Below, piece by piece: positions 39,037-50,890 of a stretch of DNA of 64,000 nt (its first letter is position 1; each line of letters starts with the position of its first letter). The DNA lies in NCBI GenBank assembly GCA_951406725.2, contig OX597825.1, positions 86,552,001 to 86,616,000 of the forward strand, written 5' to 3'. Under the pieces are notes generated by a model, which was not told where the DNA came from, searched no databases, and worked only from the letters and a program-made list of their open reading frames with translations. This stretch comes from Octopus vulgaris (taxonomy: Eukaryota). Position numbers and translations under genes: made by a program.

Positions 39037-39561
39037 ATGAAATACACCGAAGTTGGTAGAAGAATGAGGGTCAGAGAAACCTTTCATTGATGCACGTTAT
39101 TGAAATATGTAGTGTAGGAGATTAGGGGGTGGGGAAAAGGTGAAGTTGATAAGCAGGAAGCTTTCTGTTGAAACTTTCTTCTTCCTTTAGATCAGTCATC
39201 TCACATAAAGACTCTTGTCTTGTAAACCAGTGGTTGTTGGGTTTTTACTGAAATATATCAACTACATTAGCATCAATATTTATCAGCTTCCAAAAATGGC
39301 CATCGCAAGTGTAGGAGCCAATAAAACTCTGGTATTGTACACTAGTTTTTCTTTATAAATTTTTATTTTCTCTACTCACCATATTTCAGGTGATATAAAA
39401 AAAAAAAAATTGAAAAAATTTGTTTTGGTTCATAATTTAAAAACTCAGAAAAATTATTTTTGTTGCAAGTTAGTTTACTTTACAGTTCTATATTTAAGAG
39501 ATTAGGAATTATGTACATTATTTACATTCGATGGATATCTGTCCTCATCTTGTTTGTTGTT

Positions 39562-39606
39562 AACACAAAATTCAGCTGATATACCCTCCAGTCTTCATCT
39601 GGTGTC
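39562..39606 (-). ncRNA. Mirror, more degenerate hammerhead-like motif
   Basis: The - strand reads GACAC-CAGATGA-AGACTG..CAGCT-GAATTTT-GTGTT; the core carries substitutions. Confidence 0.35.
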
Positions 39607-39844
39607 TTGGGGAAATTTCGAATCTGGGTTCTCATTCCTAAGGTATTTTTCAATGTTATTATTATAATTATTCAGGTCACTGCTTGGAATCGAACTCGGA
39701 ATCTTGGAATTAGTAGTTCGCGCTCTTAACCCCAAGATTCCGAGTTTGATTCCAAGCAGTGACCTGAACAGTAATAGTAATAATAATAATAACAACATTA
39801 AAAAATACCTTAGGAATGAGTACCCAGGTTCGAAATTTCCCCAA

Positions 39845-39887
39845 GACACCTGATGAAAGCTGGAGGGTAAATCAGCCGAAACGTGTT
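39845..39887 (+). ncRNA. Degenerate minimal type-I hammerhead ribozyme motif
   Basis: GACAC-CTGATGA-AA-GCTG-loop-CAGC-C-GAAA-C-GTGTT: core boxes CUGAUGA (39850-39856) and GAAA (39878-39881), stem II GCTG/CAGC, stem I GACAC/GTGTT. The NUH cleavage triplet appears deleted in this copy. Confidence 0.6.
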
Positions 39888-41948
39888 AACAACAAAGAAG
39901 ATGAGGACAAATATCCGTCGAATGTAAATAATGTTAGTTTACTTTATGTTGTGAACATTTTTTTGTTGACATTTCTGTATTTAGTGATTGTAAACTATTT
40001 GAGGAAAACCAAAACAAGTTATCACTGTAGCATTACATCAACCAGAAATACAACTGTTTAACTTGAGAGCCTGTATTGATAAGTTAGCCTCTGAATTGAA
40101 AGCACCAGCTATAAATGATAACTTGTTATGATGTATTTTGAATTTTGTTTTACATGGCAAACAGTGAGAAAATATAATAATAAGGACATATTTTGTATAG
40201 GAATAACTTGGAACAAATTTGGTAAATATTTTGAAGGCCTGAAAGCAACGTTATCATTTGTAGAACTGCCATGAACCAAATTCGGATGTTACCAGGATTG
40301 TCCTCCTGCTTCAGGAAAGCATCTTCATTGGTCCATTGCTAATGAGATTGGACTTGAAATCTATTCAAGGCATTGCTCTGTAATTCCAGCAATCAAAATA
40401 TTCATCCTTTTATTGATCTTAGAATAAGAAAATAAGATCAAACTTTTGTACAAATACATGACATCAATATTCTAATGATAGAATATCAAATTTGGTTCTT
40501 TTTAAATTATTGTAATTATTATGGTAATCAGTATGTGTGGCGCTAGTGTTGTCAGACATTACTATTGAAATGACCGAGTTGTTTGAAGAATTCCTGTGTC
40601 TGTGGTTTATTAATAATTGATTAAAGTTGGAATTTATTATTTCCATTTCCATATGAAACAAATGAGTACGTCTATTTTTTTATTTTTTTTACATCTCATT
40701 AAAGAAATTGTTACTTGGTTATCACCAAAATCTTTAGTTTGGTCATACTGGAGCAGTGGTGTCTATTTTAAGCTTTCATGCTATTTTTTTGTTAAGAGAT
40801 TTTATATTTTATGTAATTCTTGAAATGGATTAGCAAATATTGATCCATCATAGTTGGATAACTGAGTAACTTCTGAATGATTATGTATTGATTGGGTTGG
40901 GCTTTCAATGGCAAACTTGCTTCTTGTTTCTCTATTTGAATATTAACCATAACAAATATATGCTTGCGTGTGTGTGTGTGTGTGTGTGTGTGAGGGAGAG
41001 AGAGGAATTTGAAAAAATAACACCTGAAGATGGTAGGATACTACACTGATTCAGACTTTCTGAAGATAAAAACAAGATTTAATCTAAGCAATGCTATATA
41101 TGCTTTTGTTTTTTATTTTTGTTACATCCTATACACAATTCCTTTGGCAGGTTCTGTTAAACGAAGGCCAAGTTTAACACACACACACATCTGGTAATCA
41201 CATTACTAGTTTCTTCCTCTTTTCTCCACTTCTGTTTTGTCATTATTATCAGATTGAAGTCTTGTAAGAAACTTGAAACTTGTTCTCATTTTAGTGAGAA
41301 CAATGTTTTATTCACCTCTGACTGTAAACAACTACACAAACGGAGAACACCGACTCTGTATGTTCCCCGCCCTCCTGCACCCAAGAAGGCTCGCTTGCAA
41401 AGTGTTCTGTTACAGATGTTCTGCGAGTGCTATTAGACCTTGACTAATATTAATGCCTCTTGAAGTTACAATTCCCTACTTCTGTTGTCTCTTGGGAATT
41501 ACTTTTGTTGCATGCCTTCTTATTCTTGAGCCACACATGCATTTAGACAACTGCCGGCAACACTTTTGTCTAAACACCTGAAGTTTGTTAATTTCTATTG
41601 TCAACCTCAGGTTCCATAGTTCTTCCTTTTCTTTTATAATTTTGTTGTCTGTATTTCGGTATTTTGGAGCTGAAGATGAATTTAGTGTTTTACTTTACAA
41701 GAACAAAAACAATGAGTGTAGAATGAAAAGCTTCAACTGAGACAGTTTAGGACATATGAACTGAGACAATTATCCTAATTAATCTTTTTTTCTATTAATG
41801 GGCTTTTTCTGTGATGTCCACTTATCTTAGCTGACTCTTCCTGATCATTACTTATCTGGGAAATTTGTCATATAGTAATGTGTTTTAGGATTAAACATAA
41901 TCTGTTTGGTTTAGAATCACAATCCGATCCTTGGGTGCCTTTAATTGA

Positions 41949-42164
41949 CCCTTTAGCATACAAATTACTCTCTCAGATGTAATGTTTATTGATTCACATT
42001 GTTTTGAGTTAATCCTGCATTATCTTTTAGCTTTGAGATTTGGATGATGTGATTGTTTATTTTTAGAATAACATTGTAGGGTAGGTGTGAGAGGTCAGAC
42101 CTGGCCACTTTGAATGGAAAACAGTACATTTAGGCCTGGTGTGGTTGGTTTAAGTGCTAAAGGG
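41949..42164 (+). mobile_element. piggyBac-type MITE (216 bp)
   Basis: CCCTTTAGCA...TGCTAAAGGG termini; TTAA on the right and TTGA on the left; same internal sequence as the copies at 30360, 24643 and 57565. Confidence 0.8.
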
Positions 42165-43371
42165 TTAAGTCCACTCTGTTGTATACATTAGGACCAAGTC
42201 TTCTGTCAGAGAATCTCTGAAAAGCACCTGTAGTGTCCTCTCTTCTTTTACTAAACTGTAATAAACGATAATTTGCAATCTGTTATTGATATTTTAGTGG
42301 CAAAAACTATTCAGACAATATTCCATCTTTGAGTTTGTTGCCATAACTGTGTAGTCCTCCTCCTCCAAGACACCTGTTCCTGTCTTTCTGCCTCACTATA
42401 ACCTTTTATCATCCGACACAAGATCACCTCCTCCAATGCCTCCTCCCCTCTCAAAAGGTTTTTTTGTCTTGCAAGTACTTGGTGACCCTGTCAGTGCAGG
42501 TGCTGCTGGAAAGTACCCAGCCCACACTCTCAGGTTGGTTGGCATTTGGAAGCGCATCCAGCTGTAAAAACCTTGCCAAAACTGAGCTCGCCTGTGCTTG
42601 TGCCATGTAAAAAGCACTAAGTCCACTCTGCTGGGTGGTTGGTGATAGGAAGGGCATCCAACCGTAAAAACCCTACCAAAACAGTGCTTGGTTGACTTGT
42701 CAAACTGTCCTACCTATTCTAGCATGGAAGGCAGACGTTAAATGATGATTGCCTGTCCTCTGTGTTAGTGTTTTATTAATTATCCATGATCATTTTCTTG
42801 GTATTTTCTTTCTTTCATAAGAATCTGATAAGATCAAGTATATTAGTTTAATTCAAGTCTTTGTCACCTGCTACTCTAAAACATGCCTTTAGGTTATATA
42901 TTCATGGTCCGTAGCTGCTTTTTTTTCTTCTCAATAATCATCGTAAGAAATAGATTATTTCTTTATTTTATTCGATTAATAGATTGATTAGAGTTACAAC
43001 ATGAATTTGTTTAGTTATTCTATAACTGACATGCTTTCTGCTCCAGTTCTGTTATTTTCATTTCTACCTTGATTTAATCTGCAACTTTTCCCTAAACCAG
43101 ATTTTTTAAATGTCGACCAATTCCCCACCCATCATATATTACATTCAGTAACTGTGTACGTGTGGTAACATAGATTATCATTATGTTCATTTCTACCAGT
43201 TGCCCTTCAAAAATTCATTCTCGATCAATATTGTGCACATCTTCCTCTCAATTTTATTATAAACGTCCTCAGTCTTTTGTACATGTTTACTGCTATGACA
43301 AGTAGGGTTTATAAAAGCTTCTTCACATATTTTCATTTAAGTGTTGAATCTCTTTCTGAATGTATTATTAT

Positions 43372-43790
43372 TAAAGCGGTGAGCTGGCAGAATTGTTAGC
43401 ACACCGGGCGGAAATGCTTAGCAGTATTTCGTCAGCTACTATATTTTGAGTTCAAATTCTGCTGAGGTCGACTTTGCCTTTCATCCTTTCGGGGATGATA
43501 AATTAAGTACCAGTTGAGTACTGGGGGTTGATATCATCAACTGTACCCCTCTCCCAATTTAAGGCCTTGTGCCTCTAGAAGAAAGGATTATTATTATTAC
43601 AGCAGTGAGCTGGCAGAATCATTAGCACTCTGGACAAAATGCTTAGCAGTATTCCGTTTGTCTTTATGTTCTGAGTTCAAATTCCACCAGGGTCGATTAA
43701 AATCAGTATCTGTCAAATACTGGGGTTGATGTAATCGACTTCCCCTTCCCTCAAAACTGATGGCCCTGTGCCAAAATTTGAAACCATTAT
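43372..43790 (+). repeat. Two tandem Nin-domain-type SINEs
   Basis: Full copy at 43372-43595 ending in (ATT)n, with a second, internally deleted copy starting in that tail. Confidence 0.85.
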
Positions 43791-43797
43791 TATGATG

Positions 43798-44570
43798 ATT
43801 ATATCTCCACCAAGGAAGGAAGTTAATGATTTCATTGGCGTTGGTTTGTCCGTCTGTCCGCAAAATAACTCAAGAAGTTGTGAATGGTATTTGATGAAAC
43901 TTGCAGAAAAAGTTGGTAATGACACAAGGAACAGTTGATGTAGTTTTGGTAGTGATCCGGAAATTTTTATGGATTCTTGAAGGATTTTTCATTTGTTATG
44001 TTTACTTTACATGAAGTATTACAATGTTACATTCTTTGATTATCTCCCTTGAAAACACATCGTTTCCACGTAACCTATGGTGGCGTTGCTGTTTAGAGAC
44101 AATGTTGATGATGTCGATGGTCGAGATAAGTATGGGGGGGGGGGATAAAATAGTATCGGTGGTTATAATGGTGACAGGAACGGTGTGATGCTGAGGTGAT
44201 GGGGGTAATAGTGGTGTTAGTTGTGTGGTGATGGTGGTATTGCAGTGGTTATACTGGTTGTGGTGGTGAAAGTGACTGTCAAGGTAACCGTCATGATAAC
44301 ATTGATGGCGATGTATGTGGTTGAAGTGGAAGCAATGACAATGCTGCTGCTGCTGATGATGTTGGTGGTTGTGAACTGCTTCAGATGATTCCTGTTTTTA
44401 AAGGGTTTTTTCTTCTTAAAATCATATGGCTGTGTTATCCCCCCCCCCCCCCTGCCAAGGAGGTTATGTTTTTGCCAGCATTGGTTTGGGAAATTGAGCG
44501 ATTTTCAGCATGCGTGTATATGGGTGGAAATGATCTGCTTGGCGGAGGTCTGTGCTCTCCGAGTGCTTTT
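43798..44570 (+). mobile_element. Helentron-associated element (HINE-like) with an internal GTG/GAT-rich tract and a second 5'-end motif at about 44450
   Basis: Subterminal inverted repeats ctccaccaagg / cttggcggagg, GTCC/GTCT microsatellite, 3' stem-loop gtgctctccgagtgc followed by TTTT. Confidence 0.7.
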
Positions 44571-44879
44571 GTTATTATTATTATTTACAGAATCATTAGT
44601 GATGCTGTACTTTATAGCCCTTGATGTTATGAGATCACATTCAGCCATGGTGGACTTAGTTTTTCATCCTTCTGGGGTTGATATCTGGCTCTTCTCCCAA
44701 CCTAGAATTTCTGGCTGAAAGCTTCATGTCTGGTTTTAACATTTCACTAATAAATACTCAAACCCCTGAATTAACCAATAATTCTTTTTTATTATTTTGG
44801 TTTGAAGAAGGGTTTGTCACTATAAGCCCTCCAAGAGTTGAAGGAAGGACTCTATGCCCCATGCTCTCCAGGGGCCCCC

Positions 44880-45250
44880 TGAGACTGCTGAGATGGACAT
44901 AGTTGATGTTACTCTTGAATAGTCGCAGGAAAGCTGCTTGCAGAAATGGAAACACTGAGAGCGAATATTCTGGGAGAGAAAGGACTGTGTTGGGCAGTTA
45001 GTGGCAGGGTCTTGGGTGGGGCACTGGTGGACACAATATGGGGGGGGGGGAGCAGAGGCAATTGTAGTAGTCATAGAGAGAATGGAGAGTAGAAAGCAGG
45101 TCTGTTGGCTGCGGTGTGTTTGTGATTGACTTTATGCCAATCAGCTGAGTAGCCATTTTCTGTATGTGGTCTAACAATGTGTGTATGTGTGTGTAGCCAT
45201 AGCAGCACTGTGTCAGGTGTGACACCAGTATTGTGAGTCTCACCTGCTAT
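44880..45250 (-). mobile_element. 3' end of a Jockey/CR1-group LINE ORF2 (degenerate)
   Basis: LLDHIQKMATQLIG..ITNTPQP..SLYDYYNCLCS..PP and LRLFKSNIN resemble the C-terminus that follows the RT domain in these LINEs. Confidence 0.6.
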
Positions 45251-45611
45251 TTCTGTGATTGTCTCATTACTTGGATACATTCCAAAACACTTTTTAAAAT
45301 TCTATTTCCACCACATTTTCTATTGGTTTCAGTTTTGTTGATGTTAGTTCTTCTAATTGCATCTCTCTTACCTTATAACATTGACAATGGTGAAGATTCT
45401 TCCCCTGCACTTAACAGTAATACTATCCAGTAACAACTGGCTGTTGTTAGTCTGTGATAAACACCAGATGGTCGTTTCACAGTTTTCTTCACATGCTTTT
45501 CTATGGTTCTTATTGCTTCTGTACCAAATTGACTTGCTACAGTAAGTTTGTTCCATTTATCTTTATTTAACAACACCCTCCATTTCCTTGTTATCACTCT
45601 CCTCACCAATA

Positions 45612-45644
<33 letters not shown>

Positions 45645-45895
45645 TGTCTTAAGTTCTCTCACCAATAAATTTGGTGTCCTTAACAGTTTTTACTTTAAAT
45701 ACTTCAAATATTCTTTCATTTGTTCTTTTATCTTTCTATCTGGTGGTGATGATAGTGATTCTCAACCTAGTGGGTCACAAGTGGAACCCGCTATCAACTG
45801 TGTAGAAATAGTAACTGCTAGAAATAGCAGCCAGATTTTCCTTAAAATCACACCTGACTGTCTTAAAAAAGATGGTAGAAATTACATTGGCTAAT

Positions 45896-46296
45896 CATCA
45901 TCATTTAACATCCGTTTTCCATGCTGGCATGGGTTGGATGGTTTGATTGAGGTCTGGAGAGCCAGTGGCTGCACCAGGCTCAATCTGATCTGGCAACGTT
46001 TCTACAGCTGGATGCCTTTCCTAACGTCAACCACTCTGAGAGTGTAGTGGGTGTTTTTTTACATGCTACCGGCACAGGATCCAGCCAGGTGGGTCTGGCA
46101 TTGATCACGTTTGGATAGTGCTTTTTACCTGCCACTGGCATGGGGGCCAGTCAGGCAGTCCTGGTAACTATCACGTTTGGATAGTGCTTTTTACATGCCA
46201 CTAGCACGGGAGCCAGTCAAGCAGTACTGGCATTGGCCATGTTCGGATGGTGCTTTTTATGTACCACTGGCATGGGAGCCAGTCAGGCTGACAACT
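45896..46296 (-). mobile_element. 5'-truncated retroposon with a (GAT)n tail and internal tandem repeats of about 57 bp, flanked by a 55-bp target duplication
   Basis: Direct repeats at 45841-45895 and 46297-46351 (1 mismatch). Family motif agtggttg.cgttagga(a)aggcatccagctgtagaa..aacccatgccagcatggaaaacggatgttaaatgatgatg on the - strand. Confidence 0.85.
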
Positions 46297-47566
46297 CTTA
46301 AAATCACACCTGACTGTTTTAAAAAAGATGGTAGAAATTACATTGGCTAATGTAATATTAAAAAGATGGGATGGTCATGGCAGGATCCTTTATATATCTG
46401 CCCAATCAGATCTGATTGAGCTAAACAACCACTATTATTTAAGAAACCCATTTTAGTGATGCCACCTCTATTGAGGTTATCACAGCAATAATTGAACTTA
46501 GAAGAATAAACTAGCAAGGTATTTGTCAAGTTTACATTGCTCCCACTGTTTATAACTTAGAGCTAAGTAGATTGGCCCATCTAAGAATTGCCTTGGTTAA
46601 GGACCCTAATTATGTAATCTTAGAGAAGCAATTCTCTGAATTATAATCCTTACCGATGTTTGTCCATCAGCTGTTGACCCCCCACAAATTCAGACTGATC
46701 ATCACACCCATCTCCACTCCATACCGGGAAGGTCATATATGGGCCCTGCCTTTTCCTTCTGATGGATAGTTTTAAAGCTTACAATAGCAAAAAGAAAAAG
46801 AAGCAGCAAAAAAAAAAAAAGGGAGGTAGTGTAGCATTGATAAGGTTTTGGGTAATTATATTATTAGCACTTTGTTCCTAATAAGATTTACCTTATCTGC
46901 TTAATGTTTCAGAAATAGTCCCCTGAATGTCTGGGGTTGATGAAAAAATTGATAATCCTTTCTACGATAGGTACAAGGCCTGGAATTTTGGGGGAAGGGG
47001 TAGGTCGATTACAACAACCCCAGTACTCAACTGGTACTTATTTTATCGAATTATTAATAACAACAACTCTAACCAAACAGTTTAGTTATCTGTTTGGCTT
47101 ATCTTTAGAATTGTCTCAATAGGTCTTCAGAATATTTTCACTCTGTAAAGTTATTGAACATGTAAGCTGTCTGATTGATCTCTTAACTATTGTTTAATAT
47201 TCTCTTAATGGTGTGTCCAGGTTGCCAACATTCATTAACATTTGAACAGTTTTAATCATTTCCTAGAATGTTTTGTGACCAAAACTGCAAAAGAAATGAA
47301 ATATGAGTATTTTTGAGAGAGAGAGAGATGAAATAATTCTGTTGTCCAGTATTTTTCCTTCCCAATTAAACAATTGTTTTAACCAGCAAAATTCAATTAT
47401 GTTTCACCATAATTATTGATTTATAATTGTTTTTAACTTCAGAAGTTGTCTCATAAAAACTCAGTGAATATTGATTTAATTAATACTAACGTGATATAAT
47501 AGAACTGAAATCAATTTTGTGTAATATTGTATTTTGAAACTTTATTTTCCTTTTTTTTTGTTTCAG

Positions 47567-47773
47567 GCCATTTTGCGGGCCAGTGATGCTTCCATGGGCC
47601 GTTCTCTGAGCCCTTCTCCTCCTGAACAGCGGATGCCCCGCCCAGTGTCATATATTCGACCACTTGGAAAACAAATAATACCGCCAGAATCTATTTCCTG
47701 TAATAAAACACTGGGAGAAGGGGAATTTGGGATTGTTCAGCAAGGAATATGGACCACAGAGAACAATGACAAG
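47567..47773 (+). CDS. PR2: Internal coding exon of an ACK-family non-receptor tyrosine kinase (Ack-like/PR2 type): linker plus kinase subdomain I (Gly-rich loop)
   Basis: Polypyrimidine tract with tttcag acceptor and AAG|gtaaga donor; 207 nt, phase 0-0. Translates AILRASDASMGRSLSPSPPEQRMPRPVSYIRPLGKQIIPPESISCNKTLGEGEFGIVQQGIWTTENNDK, with a GxGxFG loop. The IIP..I..NK.LG.GEFGIVQQG.W pattern matches my recollection of Drosophila PR2/Ack-like. Confidence 0.93.
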
Positions 47774-48109
47774 GTAAGACCAGCTTTCTTTTGAGAATCT
47801 TCTCTGGACTTGCGTTCATTGAATGAGATTTTATGAGTTCTTGTATGAATACTTATTGTCTTTTAGGCAAAAATTGAGTTGCATTTTATTTCAAATTAGG
47901 AGAATGTTCCAGAAATTCTTAATGTAATCTGCTCTGAAATGTTCCTCTCACCGAATGTCTCTAGAACTCTCATTGGTAGATTAGTATGAAAATAAACTTA
48001 GACTTTTAAGATAGGATGTTTTGAGAAAGTTTTGACTGCTCATTTTAGCAGGCATAACCTGGACTTCCACACTGCTTCCAGTGAAATAATAAATAATAAT
48101 CATATAGTC

Positions 48110-48282
48110 CTTTATTGAGCAGAGGAATGTACCAGTGCTCAACTTGTATTCATTTCATTGACCCTGAAAGGATGAAAGTCAAAGTTGACCTTGGCAGAAT
48201 TTGAGCTCAGAACGTAAAGACAGGAGAAATGCTGCTGAGCATTTTCGTCCAGCATGCTAACAATCTTGCTAGTCTATCACCT
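48110..48282 (-). repeat. Nin-domain-type SINE; further partial copies at about 46960-47050(-), 52510-52670(-) and 56900-57030(+)
   Basis: gaccctgaaaggatgaaagtcaaagttgaccttggcagaatttgagctcagaac. Confidence 0.8.
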
Positions 48283-50524
48283 AAATAATGTTCAGAGACA
48301 AAGTGGTGCCCCCCCCCACTACGCCACTTTTTGATTTGCACATTCTGTTTGTCTGTGGTGTATTGGATGAGAGCAATGAAACCATCCTCTTTTTACCTTT
48401 ACTATCCATGCCAGCATGGGTTGGAATCCTTATTCAGTAATTGTCCTCCTGAACAGGTGTGAGGATCATATCTCACTTATGTTCCACTTTTGTCAGGTTT
48501 CCACAGCCAAATGTCTTTCCTAAGCACCAACCACTTCACACTGTATGCTGGCTGTGTTTTATGAAGGTACAACACCAGAGAGAGGTTGTCATGTCCTCAA
48601 TACCACCAAAGAGTCTGTTCTACTCTATGTTGCCTTCCTTTGTTTCCCAACCATTAATACCATTATATTACATAATGTGGAGATGTTAGTGTAGTTCCAA
48701 CACTATAGAGATTGTCTTGCAAGACTAAACACTTCTGTCTGTTGTCTCTTTTGGACAAAGGAAACCGAGAGTGGAAGTAGAAGAGAGAGAAAGAAGAGGC
48801 AATAGGAGTGTGATAGTGCTGGGGGAAAGAAAGGGATGGGGGGCAATTAGAGCCAGGGTATTTGGAGAGAGATAATGATAGCTGCATGTGGGTTGTTGGT
48901 AAGGAGGTGGAATAGGAAACAGCTTGTGTAGCTTAGCAATATACATGGGTGGTGGATAAGAATAGAAAAGGACACTGGCGAATGAAAGTGATAGATGAGC
49001 AAATGTCATATGAGTCATAGTAGGGGAGTGTGAGTGGTGGTGGTGATGGTGAGAGTGGAAGATGGGTTGGTTGCTATGGACTGGAAGTGAGAGAAGAGAG
49101 AGAAATAAAAGGTGATGGTGGGTGGTATGATTGAATATGGACAGCTCAAATGTACAAGTTGCATGGTACAGTGAAGAGATTTTACAGGAATATTACTGCA
49201 GGAATTCAGGAGTTTATTCCTTCTCCCAAACTTCTGAAGAGTTTCCAAATATAAAAACGAAAAGAGAGGCTGACAGCTACTCTGTTTTTGCTTCTATCAA
49301 CATTGGTCATCTCCAGCCATATCTGATGAGGATATCACTTTTTGATGGAATACAACTATATGTAATACAAGATACACACTATAGTAGGTACTTTTGTCGC
49401 AAAGCACAAGTGCACACATACTCACACACACACACACACACACACTGCTGTGGTAAACTCAAGCTGACCCATGGAATTTTGACCTGTCTGCTTCTTTTGT
49501 TTCTCTATTTATAGCAAATAAAGTAAAAAGTTGTTGTTGTTAAGGCAATTTCTAATGTGTTTATGTTTGTTTATTGTTTGTGTGGGAAGCTATTTGACCT
49601 GGAGACTGAATTAGCTTTGTTTAATAATTCTTAGTTTTCTCTTATTGTTATTTTCAGTGAAGCTTCATGTTGTCTGTCCTGTAATTCAGAGGCTCTCACT
49701 AACCATTTATCTGTTTATGTGAATAAATATTTGTTCATTGTTTCAGTGCTGAGAATTTGTATTTATCTGGTAATTTGAAGAGGCGTCAAAATGGCTGTAG
49801 TCCTCTTAGGTTCTCCATTAACAACTAGTGAGATGGTGTGCATTTGGTGTAGCCACAGTCATTTTAGACACCCCCAAGGATAACAAGTGAAGTGGAGGGC
49901 AGTCACTGTCCAGTTGATTTCTTTCAAATGTGAACAGGAAGTCAATATGTGAGGGACAAGCTTCCTGTAGGCTGTGTCTGTCTGTGTTTGAAATGACATT
50001 ATTAGCAAAGCATTACATATTATAATAGTTTGTTGTGTGTATTTCCATTTGTTGAATTATGTGAATAAATTGTCATCTGATGTGACATTTTACGAAAATA
50101 AGATATTTTATTCCCAAGTTAGTTTCTTCTTGTCTATTTTTTTTTTTTAAATGACAAGATTAAAGTAAATATTTTACAAACAGTAAATGATAATAGCCAG
50201 AGTTGGTGACTTTTTCATTGAACTTCATATTGTCCCCGAGTCAGTGTCGAGTTAAATAGACATAAAATGATAATGTGTCCTTTCCAGTCGACAATTGGTG
50301 TTTGCTGTTGATTTACTCGACTGAATGTCAATGTAATTCTTTCTGGTGAAACTGTTAGAATATGAGCCAACTCTGGTGGATGATGTAACATCAGTGAATT
50401 GTCTCCAGTGCTGCCTGTTAAGCCTTTCTCAGCAAACAGTTCAGCTTCATTATGATGAAAGGAAAGGAAGAGAAAAAGAAAAAAACAACTGAAGGCAAAC
50501 AAAATCACAATGGGTTTACCTATT

Positions 50525-50890
50525 CTCTTTTACTTGTTTCAGTCATTAGACTGCGGCCATGCTGGGGCCCTTCCTTGAAGTATTTTTAGTCGAATGAATT
50601 GACTCTAATACTTATATTTTATTAAGGCTGGTACTTATTCTATTGGTCTCTTTTGCTGAACTGCTAAGTTACAGTAGAGGGATGTAAACACATCAACCCA
50701 GGTTGTCATGCAGTGGTGACCCCCCCCTCCCACAGCAGGCTTCTTTCAGTTTCTGTCTACCAAATGCAATCACAAGGCTTTGGTCGACCCAAGGCTATAG
50801 TAGAAGACTCTTGCCTAATGTGCCACGCTGTGGGACTGAACCTGGAACCATGTGGTTGGGAAGCAAGCTTACCACGCAGCCATACCTGCA
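50525..50890 (-). repeat. Composite CORE-like SINE with a ggtgccccagcatggcc..aatgactgaaacaagtaa 3' end; similar copy at 60480-60830, 3' part also at 4365-4570(+)
   Basis: Direct similarity among the three loci. Confidence 0.7.

Larger units (their letters stand above)
39479..39934. mobile_element. Palindromic dimer of a tRNA-headed SINE-like element with hammerhead-like motifs
   Basis: Inverted arms 39515-39707 and 39732-39934 around a 24-nt loop. The - strand reads GGTTAAGAGCGCG..GAGTTCGATTCC (partial A box and B box). Confidence 0.8.

Noticed and set aside
39672-39731. tRNA gene
   Set aside because: Only A/B-box-like remnants with no complete cloverleaf; it is a SINE head. The same applies to the other SINE heads.
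41023-41050. CTGAAGA-T-GGTAG..CTAC hammerhead-like remnant
   Set aside because: Lacks GAAA and stems I and III; within chance expectation.
1-47566. SAM-domain exon expected for an ACK-family kinase
   Set aside because: Searched by eye and in the ORF track without finding one; probably upstream of the window, though a short exon could have been missed.
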